Assembly: GCA_016193315.1 (NCBI GenBank)
Contig: JACPSJ010000001.1
Coordinates: forward strand, 471,478 to 535,477
Reading direction: 5' to 3'
Source of the DNA: Candidatus Kerfeldbacteria bacterium
Lineage (GTDB): Bacteria > Patescibacteriota > Patescibacteriia > SBBC01 > CAIJZX01
Length of the DNA stretch: 64,000 nucleotides
The position numbers and the translations under genes were made by a program. The notes below the pieces were generated by a model, which was given only the letters and a program-made list of their open reading frames with translations, had not been told where the DNA came from and made no database searches. Positions 9,770 through 18,243 of the stretch are shown here, piece after piece; positions within the stretch are counted from its first letter, which is position 1; each line of letters opens with the position of its first letter.

Positions 9770-10960
9770 ATGGCCGTTGAGCAACAATCTTCCGCCGGAT
9801 CGGGCGGTTCCCTTTTGGACCGAGTGCTGCTGAGCCAGCAGTCGGTCGCGCTTGAGCATTTCGATCCGGCCGACATTGTCAACGAACTACTGAAACAACT
9901 GTCGACCAAAGAGACCGACGTCTTGCGCCGTCGGTTTGCGCTGGGGCAGGAGGAAAGAGAAACGCTGGAGAAAATCGGCCAGCGGTACCACGTCACGCGG
10001 GAACGAGTACGGCAAATCGAACGCTGGGCGATTGACCGTCTCCGCCACTCCGGCCCGACCAGAACCTTACTTCACGATCTCGATGTCCTCTTGCAGCAAG
10101 TCTTGGAAGAACATGGCGGTTTGATGCGAGCAGACGAATTGTTCCAAGCTCTCCACAGCCATTCGTCACAAACCGCCCAATCTCAAGCGGCGATCGAATT
10201 TCTGCTCCACGAACTGATGACTGAGAAAGTTGAACGGCGATCGGGGCTCGGGATGAAGCCGTACTGGAAGTTGCGTTTCGGCAGCTTTGAACTGATGCCG
10301 CAGGTCATCGCCGAAGCCGAACGGGTCATTCGGGAGGTCGGCAAACCAATGGACCGGGATCGGCTGCTAGCCGGACTCAGGCAGCGGCCGCTCATTCGCG
10401 AGCAAGCTGAGCAACTCAGCGATCAGATCATCCTCAGCTACCTCAGCGTAGCCAAATCGATTGAGCGGAATCCCTATGGTGAGTACGGTCTGCGGAGCTG
10501 GGGCAGCATTATTCCCCGGCGGATGCACGACAAAATCCTGCTGGTCATGCGCAAGCACGGTCAGCCTCTCCACTTTCAGGAGATTACGCAGAAGATCAAC
10601 GAAATGGGTTTTGACCAGCGTCAGGCCTACCCGCCGACCGTCCACAACGAACTGATCCTCAACGACGAATACGTATTGGTTGGTCGCGGGATCTACGCTC
10701 TGCGCGAATGGGGCTACCAGCCGGGGGTAGTGGCCGATGTCCTAGCCAGCACTCTCCGCCAAGCCGGACGACCGCTGGCCCGGGAAGAGCTGGTGGAGAA
10801 AGTACTCCAACAACGAATGGTGAAACGGAACACCATCCACCTGGCCCTGACCAACAAACAGCGCTTCCATCGTTTACCCGATGGGCGATACGAGCTGGTC
10901 GAATCGGCCAGCGGCCACGGTCCCCTCCTGGTCAAAGGTAAAATATCATCGGCCGAATGA
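9770..10960 (+). CDS. Sigma-70 region-4 domain protein with C-terminal HARE-HTH-like domain(s)
   Basis: N-terminal region resembles sigma70 region 4 (ETDVLRRRFALGQEERETLEKIGQRYHVTRERVRQIERWAIDRLR). C-terminal region resembles the HARE-HTH fold of RNAP delta (ILLVMRKHGQPLHFQEITQKINEMGF ... YVLVGRGIYALREWGY). Confidence 0.6.
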   Translation: MAVEQQSSAGSGGSLLDRVLLSQQSVALEHFDPADIVNELLKQLSTKETDVLRRRFALGQEERETLEKIGQRYHVTRERVRQIERWAIDRLRHSGPTRTLLHDLDVLLQQVLEEHGGLMRADELFQALHSHSSQTAQSQAAIEFLLHELMTEKVERRSGLGMKPYWKLRFGSFELMPQVIAEAERVIREVGKPMDRDRLLAGLRQRPLIREQAEQLSDQIILSYLSVAKSIERNPYGEYGLRSWGSIIPRRMHDKILLVMRKHGQPLHFQEITQKINEMGFDQRQAYPPTVHNELILNDEYVLVGRGIYALREWGYQPGVVADVLASTLRQAGRPLAREELVEKVLQQRMVKRNTIHLALTNKQRFHRLPDGRYELVESASGHGPLLVKGKISSAE

Positions 10961-11049
10961 AACGAGGCTTAGTAGTCGGTTTGGCGAGGAGATTGTAAGC
11001 CGGCCGCTAGGATCATCAACCGAAAGGGGCATCTCCTAACAAACACTCG

Positions 11050-12444
11050 ATGGACATTTCGATCGTCATTCCGGAGTTCGCCAACCCCTTCGCTGCGCTG
11101 TGGTGGGCCTTTACCCACGGCGGTTTTATCATTGTCATCATTGCCCTCGGCTATGGCTTCTGGTGGATCTACCTCCAGGCGATTCAGATTCGTTTTTTGA
11201 CGAGGCGGCGCTATGTCTTACTAGCCATCGATGTGCCCAAAGAGAACGAACAGACCCCCAAAGCGGTTGAGCACATCTTCAGTCACTTTTCTGGCATCTA
11301 CCGTCAGGCCAACCTGGTTGAAAAATATGTCCACGGTTATGTCCAGCTGGCCATTAGCGTCGAACTCGTTTCACTCGGCGGCTACATCCAGTACCTCGTC
11401 CGTTGTCCGGCCGAGCACCGCGACTTGGTGGAGGCGGCCATCTACGCCCAGTATCCTGAGGCCGAAATCTCCGAAGTCGAAGACTATGCCTTTCAAGTCG
11501 CCCCCAAATTCCCGAACGATGAATACGACGTCTGGGCGTCCGAACTCGAGCTGACGAACAAAGAGGCCTACCCGATTCGCACCTATCCTTTGTGGGAACA
11601 CCCGTTAACGCAGACATTCCTGGACCCGATGGCGGCGTTACTGGAAGTTTTGGCCCGCCTCCGGGAAGGCGAACAAATCTGGTTACAGTGGGTCATCCGT
11701 CCACCGGCGAACGACCGCTGGCGGGAACGTGGCTTGGACCTGATTAACAAGCTGATCGGCGCGAAAGTCAAACCCAAGCGCGGCGCTCTTGATGTCCTGG
11801 TCGATACGCCAAGCAATGTCCTGATCGGTACCTACGAAACGATCACCCGGACACTGTTCGAACCAACTAGCGTCACCCAACGGCAGGAGAACGGACCGCC
11901 CAGCCTGATGCAACATTTGGCGCCGAACGTGCGGGCCGTGGTCGAAGGGATCGGTATCAAGATCTCGAAAACCGGCTTTCAAACGAAGGGCCGATTCGTG
12001 TACCTCGGTCGGAAAGATGTCTTCGATCGCACGCGAGTGAACGCCATTTTCGGTGCCTTGCGACAGTTTGCTTCGATGGACATGAACGGTTTCAAGCCGG
12101 ACAAGAAAATGAAAACGAAGCGGAATTATTTTCGGGTTGAGCAGCGAGAAGCAGTCTTGAAACGGCGGATCATCCTCGGCTATCGCGATCGTAGCCTATG
12201 GGCCGGGCGCTCGACGTACGTGCTGAACATCGAAGAGCTGGCCTCGGTTTGGCACTTCCCCGTGCGGACAGTCAAGGCGCCGCTGGTGAAGAAGACTGAA
12301 GCCAAGCGGGGCGAGCCGCCAAGCGCCCTGCCGCTCGGTCAGTTGCCGGAACGGCCGGCCACGCCAACCATGTCTAGCCCCGGGCCCGCCATCGCCCCCG
12401 GTCCGACGCGCGGCGCGGCACCCGAAAACCTGCCAGTCGCCTAG
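11050..12444 (+). CDS. Membrane protein of unknown function (N-terminal TM helices plus about 400-aa soluble domain), partner of the downstream ATPase
   Basis: 464-aa ORF with hydrophobic N-terminus (FAALWWAFTHGGFIIVIIALGYGFWWIYL). Stop lies 2 nt before the next start. No recognised family. Confidence 0.6.
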   Translation: MDISIVIPEFANPFAALWWAFTHGGFIIVIIALGYGFWWIYLQAIQIRFLTRRRYVLLAIDVPKENEQTPKAVEHIFSHFSGIYRQANLVEKYVHGYVQLAISVELVSLGGYIQYLVRCPAEHRDLVEAAIYAQYPEAEISEVEDYAFQVAPKFPNDEYDVWASELELTNKEAYPIRTYPLWEHPLTQTFLDPMAALLEVLARLREGEQIWLQWVIRPPANDRWRERGLDLINKLIGAKVKPKRGALDVLVDTPSNVLIGTYETITRTLFEPTSVTQRQENGPPSLMQHLAPNVRAVVEGIGIKISKTGFQTKGRFVYLGRKDVFDRTRVNAIFGALRQFASMDMNGFKPDKKMKTKRNYFRVEQREAVLKRRIILGYRDRSLWAGRSTYVLNIEELASVWHFPVRTVKAPLVKKTEAKRGEPPSALPLGQLPERPATPTMSSPGPAIAPGPTRGAAPENLPVA

Positions 12445-12446
12445 CC

Positions 12447-14141
12447 ATGCCCGACACTACTGCTGACAATCCGGTCCTGACCCTCTTCGCGACCACTAAT
12501 TTCCGTGGCGTGAAGCGGCCGTTCGGCATCAAACTTGATGATCGGCGGCGTCACATGTATATCATCGGCAAAACTGGGATGGGCAAGTCGACGATGTTGG
12601 AGAATATGATCATCCAAGATATTCGGGCTGGCCGTGGCTTAGCCGTAGTCGACCCACACGGCGATCTAGTCGAGAAAATAGTTAAGTTCATTCCCTCGTA
12701 CCGGGTCAATGATGTGGTCTATTTAAATCCGGCCGACGCCGACTACCCGATCGCCTTCAACATCCTGGAAACGATCAATCCCAGCCAGCGCCACCTGGTG
12801 GCTTCGGGGTTAATTGCCGTCTTTAAGAAACTGTGGATCGATTCGTGGGGGCCGCGGCTGGAATATATCTTGCGGAACACGATCCTGGCCCTGATCGAAT
12901 ACCCCGGCTCGACGCTCCTGGGCGTGACCAGGATGCTGGTCGATAAAGAGTACCGCCAAAAAGTTGTCCGGCACATTACTGACCCGATTATCAAAGTCTT
13001 TTGGCAAACTGAGTTCACCGCTTACGCTAACCAATTCCGAACTGAAGCAGTGGCCCCAATCCAAAACAAAATTGGGCAGTTCCTCTCGAGCTCGATCATC
13101 CGCAACATCGTCGGCCAGCCGAAATCGACCATCGACATGCGCGAGATCATGGATAACGGTAAAATCCTGCTGCTTAATTTGGCCAAGGGCCGGATCGGCG
13201 AAGATAACGCCGCGCTCCTCGGGGCGATGATGATCACCAAACTCCAGGTGGCCGCCATGAGTCGGATTGATGTCCCCGAGAACGAGCGCCGGGATTTCTA
13301 CCTCTACGTTGATGAATTCCAAAACTTCGCCACCGAGTCATTCGCCAACATCCTCTCAGAAGCCCGGAAGTATCGGCTCGACCTGATCATTGCCCACCAG
13401 TACATCGAACAGCTCGATGAGACTGTCCGGGCCGCCGTTTTCGGTAACGTCGGGACGCTGATCTGTTTTCGCGTCGGAGCCGCCGACGCCGAGTTCCTGG
13501 CCAAGGAATTCTTTCCGGTCTTCACGGAAACTGACTTGGTTAATCTGACCAAGTTCGACATGTATCTGAAACTGATGATTGATGGCGTGGCCTCCGAACC
13601 TTTTTCCGCCACCGGCCTACCACCAGTGGATAAGCCGGATGAACTCCAAGACCGGATTATCCGCGTCTCCCGGGAGCGCTATGCCAAGCAACGAGAGGTA
13701 GTCGAGGAGAAAATCTCTCGCTGGTCAGGGATGATGGTCGAAGCCGCGCTCCAGGAAGGCGGCCGGCCCGAGGGTCGTGGTCGCCGAGAATCAGGCGGCC
13801 CGGGGCCGGCCGAAACCCGCGACGGCACACCGAAACCCGCGGTGGAAATACAGAGTCGTCAGCCAGTCGTGACTGAGGGTATTCCCGCGCCCATCTCGCT
13901 GAGCCAGGCGCTTCGTCCAGATTCGCCGCGCCCCGGCCCAGATCGGCCGCGCCGGGATCGACGCCGGCCTCCCCGTCATCGCCCGCCGCCGCGGGCACCA
14001 GCGGCAACGACCGAAGCGGCGTCCATGCCGACGGCCACGAGTCGGCCACCACCGCTGACGCCGCCATCTCCACTCAGTCCAACCCCGCCGACCCCAAAAC
14101 CGTCCCCCCTCCAACCCGGTCAAGTCGTCCATCCATTATAA
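12447..14141 (+). CDS. TraG/VirD4 (T4CP)-like / FtsK-HerA superfamily P-loop ATPase with Pro/Arg-rich low-complexity C-terminal tail
   Basis: Walker A YIIGKTGMGKST. Walker B FYLYVDEFQNF. About 130-aa tail rich in P/R/T (PRRDRRRPPRHRPPPRAPAATT ... PTPPTPKPSP). Confidence 0.65.
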   Translation: MPDTTADNPVLTLFATTNFRGVKRPFGIKLDDRRRHMYIIGKTGMGKSTMLENMIIQDIRAGRGLAVVDPHGDLVEKIVKFIPSYRVNDVVYLNPADADYPIAFNILETINPSQRHLVASGLIAVFKKLWIDSWGPRLEYILRNTILALIEYPGSTLLGVTRMLVDKEYRQKVVRHITDPIIKVFWQTEFTAYANQFRTEAVAPIQNKIGQFLSSSIIRNIVGQPKSTIDMREIMDNGKILLLNLAKGRIGEDNAALLGAMMITKLQVAAMSRIDVPENERRDFYLYVDEFQNFATESFANILSEARKYRLDLIIAHQYIEQLDETVRAAVFGNVGTLICFRVGAADAEFLAKEFFPVFTETDLVNLTKFDMYLKLMIDGVASEPFSATGLPPVDKPDELQDRIIRVSRERYAKQREVVEEKISRWSGMMVEAALQEGGRPEGRGRRESGGPGPAETRDGTPKPAVEIQSRQPVVTEGIPAPISLSQALRPDSPRPGPDRPRRDRRRPPRHRPPPRAPAATTEAASMPTATSRPPPLTPPSPLSPTPPTPKPSPLQPGQVVHPL

Positions 14142-14162
14142 GTTTGGTATACTCGGCAAGCA

Positions 14163-15047
14163 ATGAGCAAGGTATCATGCGTTATTCCTGCTTACAACGA
14201 GGCTGAAAGTCTGCCGCACTTGTGGGCGCAATTGGAACCGGTCTTGCAAGCCTACCCCGACTGGGAGGCGATTGTGGTCAGTGACGGCAGCACGGATTCG
14301 ACCGTCGACGTCGTCCGACAACTTAGCCAACGCCAAGCGCGGCTTCGGCTGGTTGAACAGGGGCGGAATCTTGGTAAATCGGCGGCGCTCATGGCCGGCT
14401 TTGCGGCCGTGACCGGTGACATCATTGTCACCATTGATGCCGATTTGCAAGACGACCCGGCAGAAATTCCCAAGTTGGTAGATGAACTTGAACGCCGTCC
14501 CTACGATGTGGTCGGTGGGTGGAAACAACATCGGCGCGATCCGTGGATAAAAGTACTGTCTTCGAAAATCTTCAATCGCCTGGCCAACCGCGCCCTAAAG
14601 ACAAATTTCCATGATCTCAATTGTGGACTGAAAGTTTTTCGTCGCCCGGTGGTAGACCAGCTTGACCTATACGGCGACCTCTATCGATTCATTCCGCTCT
14701 TGGCGGTGGCCGATGGCTGGCGGGTCGGCGAAGTACCGGTCGCCCATCGGGCCCGGCAGTATGGGCACTCGAAGTATGGGCTACGGCTGAACGGCGCCTT
14801 TGACCTGATTAGTATCCTGCTGCTGACGAAGTACCGCCACCGACCACTCCACTTCTTCGGACGCTGGGGGGGTCTGCTCGTACTCGTTGGCAGCGGCCTA
14901 CTTGTTTATCTTGCTATTATCCATTGGCGGGGGCAGGCCATCGGTGAACGACCGCTGCTTATTTTCGGGGTGCTATTCGTCTTGTCCGGACTACAGCTGT
15001 TTTTCACTGGCTTGCTTGGCGATCTGATTGTCCAACGAAAACGATAA
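14163..15047 (+). CDS. Glycosyltransferase family 2, polyprenyl-phosphate sugar transferase (DPM1/GtrB/ArnC-like) with C-terminal TM helices
   Basis: VIPAYNEAESL ... VVSDGSTD ... DADLQDDP motifs (DxD) and two C-terminal TM segments. Confidence 0.8.
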   Translation: MSKVSCVIPAYNEAESLPHLWAQLEPVLQAYPDWEAIVVSDGSTDSTVDVVRQLSQRQARLRLVEQGRNLGKSAALMAGFAAVTGDIIVTIDADLQDDPAEIPKLVDELERRPYDVVGGWKQHRRDPWIKVLSSKIFNRLANRALKTNFHDLNCGLKVFRRPVVDQLDLYGDLYRFIPLLAVADGWRVGEVPVAHRARQYGHSKYGLRLNGAFDLISILLLTKYRHRPLHFFGRWGGLLVLVGSGLLVYLAIIHWRGQAIGERPLLIFGVLFVLSGLQLFFTGLLGDLIVQRKR

Positions 15048-15637
15048 TGGCGACCACGAACCGGCAGAAGTTCGCCACCGGCAACGTTGTTGTTCAAAGA
15101 TTGATCAACCGTTTTCACCATCAGATCAGCAACTTGGTGGCCGAGCTTCAGCCACAGAATATCTTGGAAGTCGGCTGTGGCGAAGGATTCCTGCTCGATG
15201 TTCTCCACCGGCGCCTGCCGGAGGTGCCAATCTTGGGTTTGGACAACAGTCAGGACGCCCTGTCTGATGGGCATCGATTATTTCCCGATCTGCCGCTCGA
15301 GTTTGGTGATATCTACCACCTGGTGCAACCCGACCGCAGTTGGGATGTGGTGGTGGCCAGTGAAGTTCTCGAACACCTCGACCGACCGAACGAAGCCTTA
15401 GCCGAACTACACCGGGTCGCCCAACGCTATGTTGTGCTGTCGGTGCCCTGGGAACCGTGGTTTCAACTTGGATCGCTGGCCCGGGGCAAGCATCTGCAAC
15501 GCTGGGGTAACCATCCCGAACATCTTAACCGCTGGAATCCGGTCACCTTTCGTCGCTTGGTCAGCCAGCGCCTGGTTGTAGAACGGATGTCCACGCAATC
15601 TTCGTTCCCATGGATGATCGTGGTGGCCAGGGTGTAG
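15047..15637 (+). CDS. Class I SAM-dependent methyltransferase
   Basis: ILEVGCGEGFLL (motif I) ... VVASEVLEHL. TAATG overlap with the upstream GT2. Confidence 0.7.
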   Translation: MATTNRQKFATGNVVVQRLINRFHHQISNLVAELQPQNILEVGCGEGFLLDVLHRRLPEVPILGLDNSQDALSDGHRLFPDLPLEFGDIYHLVQPDRSWDVVVASEVLEHLDRPNEALAELHRVAQRYVVLSVPWEPWFQLGSLARGKHLQRWGNHPEHLNRWNPVTFRRLVSQRLVVERMSTQSSFPWMIVVARV

Positions 15638-16506
15638 GCTGGTCTCGGTTATTCGGCTGGGGGCTGGCGGTGCTGGCCCTGTGGTTTGTTTTTCGTTGGC
15701 TACGCGGCGTTGATCCGCTGGTCTGGCAGCAGTTTCAGTCGCTTGAGGTTACCTCGGTGCTCATCTCTTTCGTTCTGTTCCAGGGCTGGTTTGTATTGCG
15801 GTACCTGGGCTGGGAATTTATCAGCCGTCGCTATGGATTGGATAGCCAGCGTGCATCGAACCTGCGGATGTGGACCCTGAGTGAATTGATGCGGTACATC
15901 CCGGGGAATGTCTGGTCCTTCGCCGCGCGATATCGCGGCGCCAAGGAGCGGGGGACGGGCCGCCGCGGCGCGGCTGTATCCTTAGTGGTCGAAGCGTCGA
16001 ATCTTGTTGCCGGAGCAGCCTTGGTAGCGGCCGTTTTTTGGCGTCCGGAGTGGTGGCTACTGTGGCTATTGGCAGCCGGGGTGTTTGTCACCATCTGGCC
16101 GTGGCTGGTGCGTCGCTTAGCCAGTTGGCGGAAATGGGAATTCCCAAAACCACTGTCATACCGTGATAGCGTGGTGCTCCTGGGAGTCTACCTGGCGGTG
16201 TGGTTGCTCTACGGCCTAGCGCAAGCCATCATCATCTTGTCGATTCCAGGGCTGTCGACTCCGGGCTTGACGTTTCTTCTGGGCATCAATGTCACTGCCT
16301 GGCTGATCGGCTACGTCAGCGTGATCACGCCGATGGGCTTGGGCGTGCGGGAAGTGGCCTTTGTGACATTGCTCAAAAACACGATTGCCCCCGGGGTCGG
16401 CAGCATGCTGGCCGTCCTGACACGTGTCTGGCTCGTGGTGTGTGAACTGGCTTTTCTCGGCCTAGTCACGATTTTCACCAGTCGTCGTCCGGGGTCACTT
16501 GAATAA
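15610..16506 (+). CDS. Lysylphosphatidylglycerol-synthase-TM-like / flippase-like membrane protein (UPF0104)
   Basis: Polytopic membrane protein with the YIPGNVWSFAARY motif characteristic of the LPG_synthase_TM family. Confidence 0.6.
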   Translation: MDDRGGQGVGWSRLFGWGLAVLALWFVFRWLRGVDPLVWQQFQSLEVTSVLISFVLFQGWFVLRYLGWEFISRRYGLDSQRASNLRMWTLSELMRYIPGNVWSFAARYRGAKERGTGRRGAAVSLVVEASNLVAGAALVAAVFWRPEWWLLWLLAAGVFVTIWPWLVRRLASWRKWEFPKPLSYRDSVVLLGVYLAVWLLYGLAQAIIILSIPGLSTPGLTFLLGINVTAWLIGYVSVITPMGLGVREVAFVTLLKNTIAPGVGSMLAVLTRVWLVVCELAFLGLVTIFTSRRPGSLE

Positions 16507-16534
16507 GCAGCCACATGATGATAGTCTGCGGCGC

Positions 16535-17620
16535 ATGAATTCAAGTGGCAAAAAAGTCATGGTTGGCCTCTCCGGCGGCGTTGATAGCGCCGTGGCAGCG
16601 CTTTTGTTGCAACGTCAAGGATACGAGGTTCATGCCGTGTTCATGAAAAATTGGTCAGCCGATGATTTTGGCGGGCCATGTCCATGGGCGGAAGATCAAA
16701 GGAGCGCTCAGGCGGTGGCCGATCACCTCCGCCTTCCACTCGAGACCTGGAACTTCGAGCGTCAATACCGTGATCGAGTCTTTCGGGTCATGCTCCGCGA
16801 CTACGCCAGTGGCCGAACGCCGAATCCTGACATTGTCTGCAATCGAGAAATCAAGTTCTCGTTGTTTCTCGATCGGGCAATCCGGCAAGCTAATTTTGTC
16901 GCCACTGGTCACTACGCCCAAACGCGAGACGGTCGCTTGTTCAAAGCGGTCGACCGCGATAAAGACCAGTCCTACTTTCTGGCGGCCGTTCCGGCTCAGG
17001 CGCTGCGGCACGTTATCTTCCCGCTGGCGCAGATGAAAAAGATGAAGGTCAGACAGCTAGCGAAAGAAGCTGGCCTGCCAAACTGGGATCGTCCAGACAG
17101 CACTGGTATTTGTTTTATCGGCGAAAAGAGAATGTTTGATTTCTTGAGCCGTCATCTGTCAGCCAGTCCCGGTCCAATTAAGCTCTGGGGTGGGGGAGTG
17201 GTCGGTCAACACCTCGGTTTACCTTTCTATACGATTGGGCAGCGGCATGGCTATGGTGTCCAGCTCGATCATCGGCTGTTAGCCCGGACCATCGGTCCTA
17301 GCCAGCCAGTCTTTGTGGCTGCCAAGGAGACGAAGACGAATACCTTGTTCGTTGTACCGGCTGAGTCGCCCGCTCTCGAGGCGAGGGAATTATTAATCGA
17401 TTTTCCACACTGGATCCATCAGCCCGCTTTACCGTGGCGTGGCATGGCCAAATTCCGCTACCGCCAGCCAGACACGCCGGTAACATTGCGGCCGGCCGGA
17501 GAAAAAATCCGTGTCGTCTGTCAAACGCCTCAGCGGGCGATTACTCCTGGACAGTACGCCGTTTTCTACGGCGGCGTGGAGTGTTTAGGCAGCGCGGTGA
17601 TTGACTCGACGGAACAATAA
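16535..17620 (+). CDS. mnmA: tRNA-specific 2-thiouridylase MnmA
   Basis: KVMVGLSGGVDSAVAALLL PP-loop. Conserved cysteines and the C-terminal MnmA domain. Confidence 0.9.
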   Translation: MNSSGKKVMVGLSGGVDSAVAALLLQRQGYEVHAVFMKNWSADDFGGPCPWAEDQRSAQAVADHLRLPLETWNFERQYRDRVFRVMLRDYASGRTPNPDIVCNREIKFSLFLDRAIRQANFVATGHYAQTRDGRLFKAVDRDKDQSYFLAAVPAQALRHVIFPLAQMKKMKVRQLAKEAGLPNWDRPDSTGICFIGEKRMFDFLSRHLSASPGPIKLWGGGVVGQHLGLPFYTIGQRHGYGVQLDHRLLARTIGPSQPVFVAAKETKTNTLFVVPAESPALEARELLIDFPHWIHQPALPWRGMAKFRYRQPDTPVTLRPAGEKIRVVCQTPQRAITPGQYAVFYGGVECLGSAVIDSTEQ

Positions 17621-17628
17621 AGCTAAGT

Positions 17629-18198
17629 TTGGTGAGTCCCACATTACGTTTCGTGCCCTTTTCTTGGAGGTCGGATCATGCGCCATTCTCGCGATACTGT
17701 CTTTGTGCCCGCCTGGTGTTTAGCGGGGCTGCATCTAGTACAGCTTACGTCAACCCTGGCCCACTAACCTTTAACATTCGAGACTCGACCACTGTCACGG
17801 TCTCACGAGGCATAGATGCTCGGCGGCTCTTTTCCGAGGCTGGCTACGAGCCAGACGGAAACCAGAGCCTGGATCTCGATTGCTATCCACTGGCGCGGCG
17901 GACGTACCGTCGTCAGGTTCTCTTCATCGAGGTCGGGACTTTTCGTCAGAGCGAAGACGAGGTTCGCGCGTTCCTGGCGGTCCGGGGTTTTTGTCCAGCC
18001 ACGATAATCGAGGTCCTGCTGGTCGCCAAGGAGTGGGATAACAATCGGTTGCCCTATACCTGGGTTCTTGATCAGACGTTGGCGGAGGAACAGTTAGGAA
18101 CCACGGCTGGATTCTGCAAGTGTAGTGGGCGGCACATTGGGCGCCTTAGTCGACATGATGGGCCATATTCTTCAATCCTCGCCGCCGTCCGAGAGTAA
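17629..18198 (+). CDS. Hypothetical protein (uncertain gene; TTG/GTG start, no internal Met)
   Basis: 189-aa ORF with no ATG anywhere in frame. Followed by a clear terminator. No family recognised. Confidence 0.3.
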   Translation: MVSPTLRFVPFSWRSDHAPFSRYCLCARLVFSGAASSTAYVNPGPLTFNIRDSTTVTVSRGIDARRLFSEAGYEPDGNQSLDLDCYPLARRTYRRQVLFIEVGTFRQSEDEVRAFLAVRGFCPATIIEVLLVAKEWDNNRLPYTWVLDQTLAEEQLGTTAGFCKCSGRHIGRLSRHDGPYSSILAAVRE

Positions 18199-18200
18199 AC

Positions 18201-18228
18201 ACCGCTTGGAAAGAGCGGTCTTTTCTTG
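18201..18228 (+). terminator. Rho-independent terminator
   Basis: accgct-tggaaag-agcggt stem-loop followed by cttttctt. Confidence 0.55.
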
Positions 18229-18243
18229 TACACTATCGGTAGC

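Noticed and set aside
13657-14132. Minus-strand ORFs (138 and 113 aa) inside the Pro/Arg-rich tail of the ATPase
   Set aside because: Low-complexity shadow frames of the proline-rich tail.
17621-17800. Possible structured RNA gene (RNase P RNA, tmRNA, SRP RNA, tRNA) in the gap after mnmA
   Set aside because: None of the conserved sequence blocks were found by eye (GAAAGUCCGG / ACAGAANCCGGCUUA for RNase P, GGUUCGAUUCC ... CCA for tmRNA/tRNA, GGAAGCAGCCAAGG for SRP). Left as unexplained rather than called.
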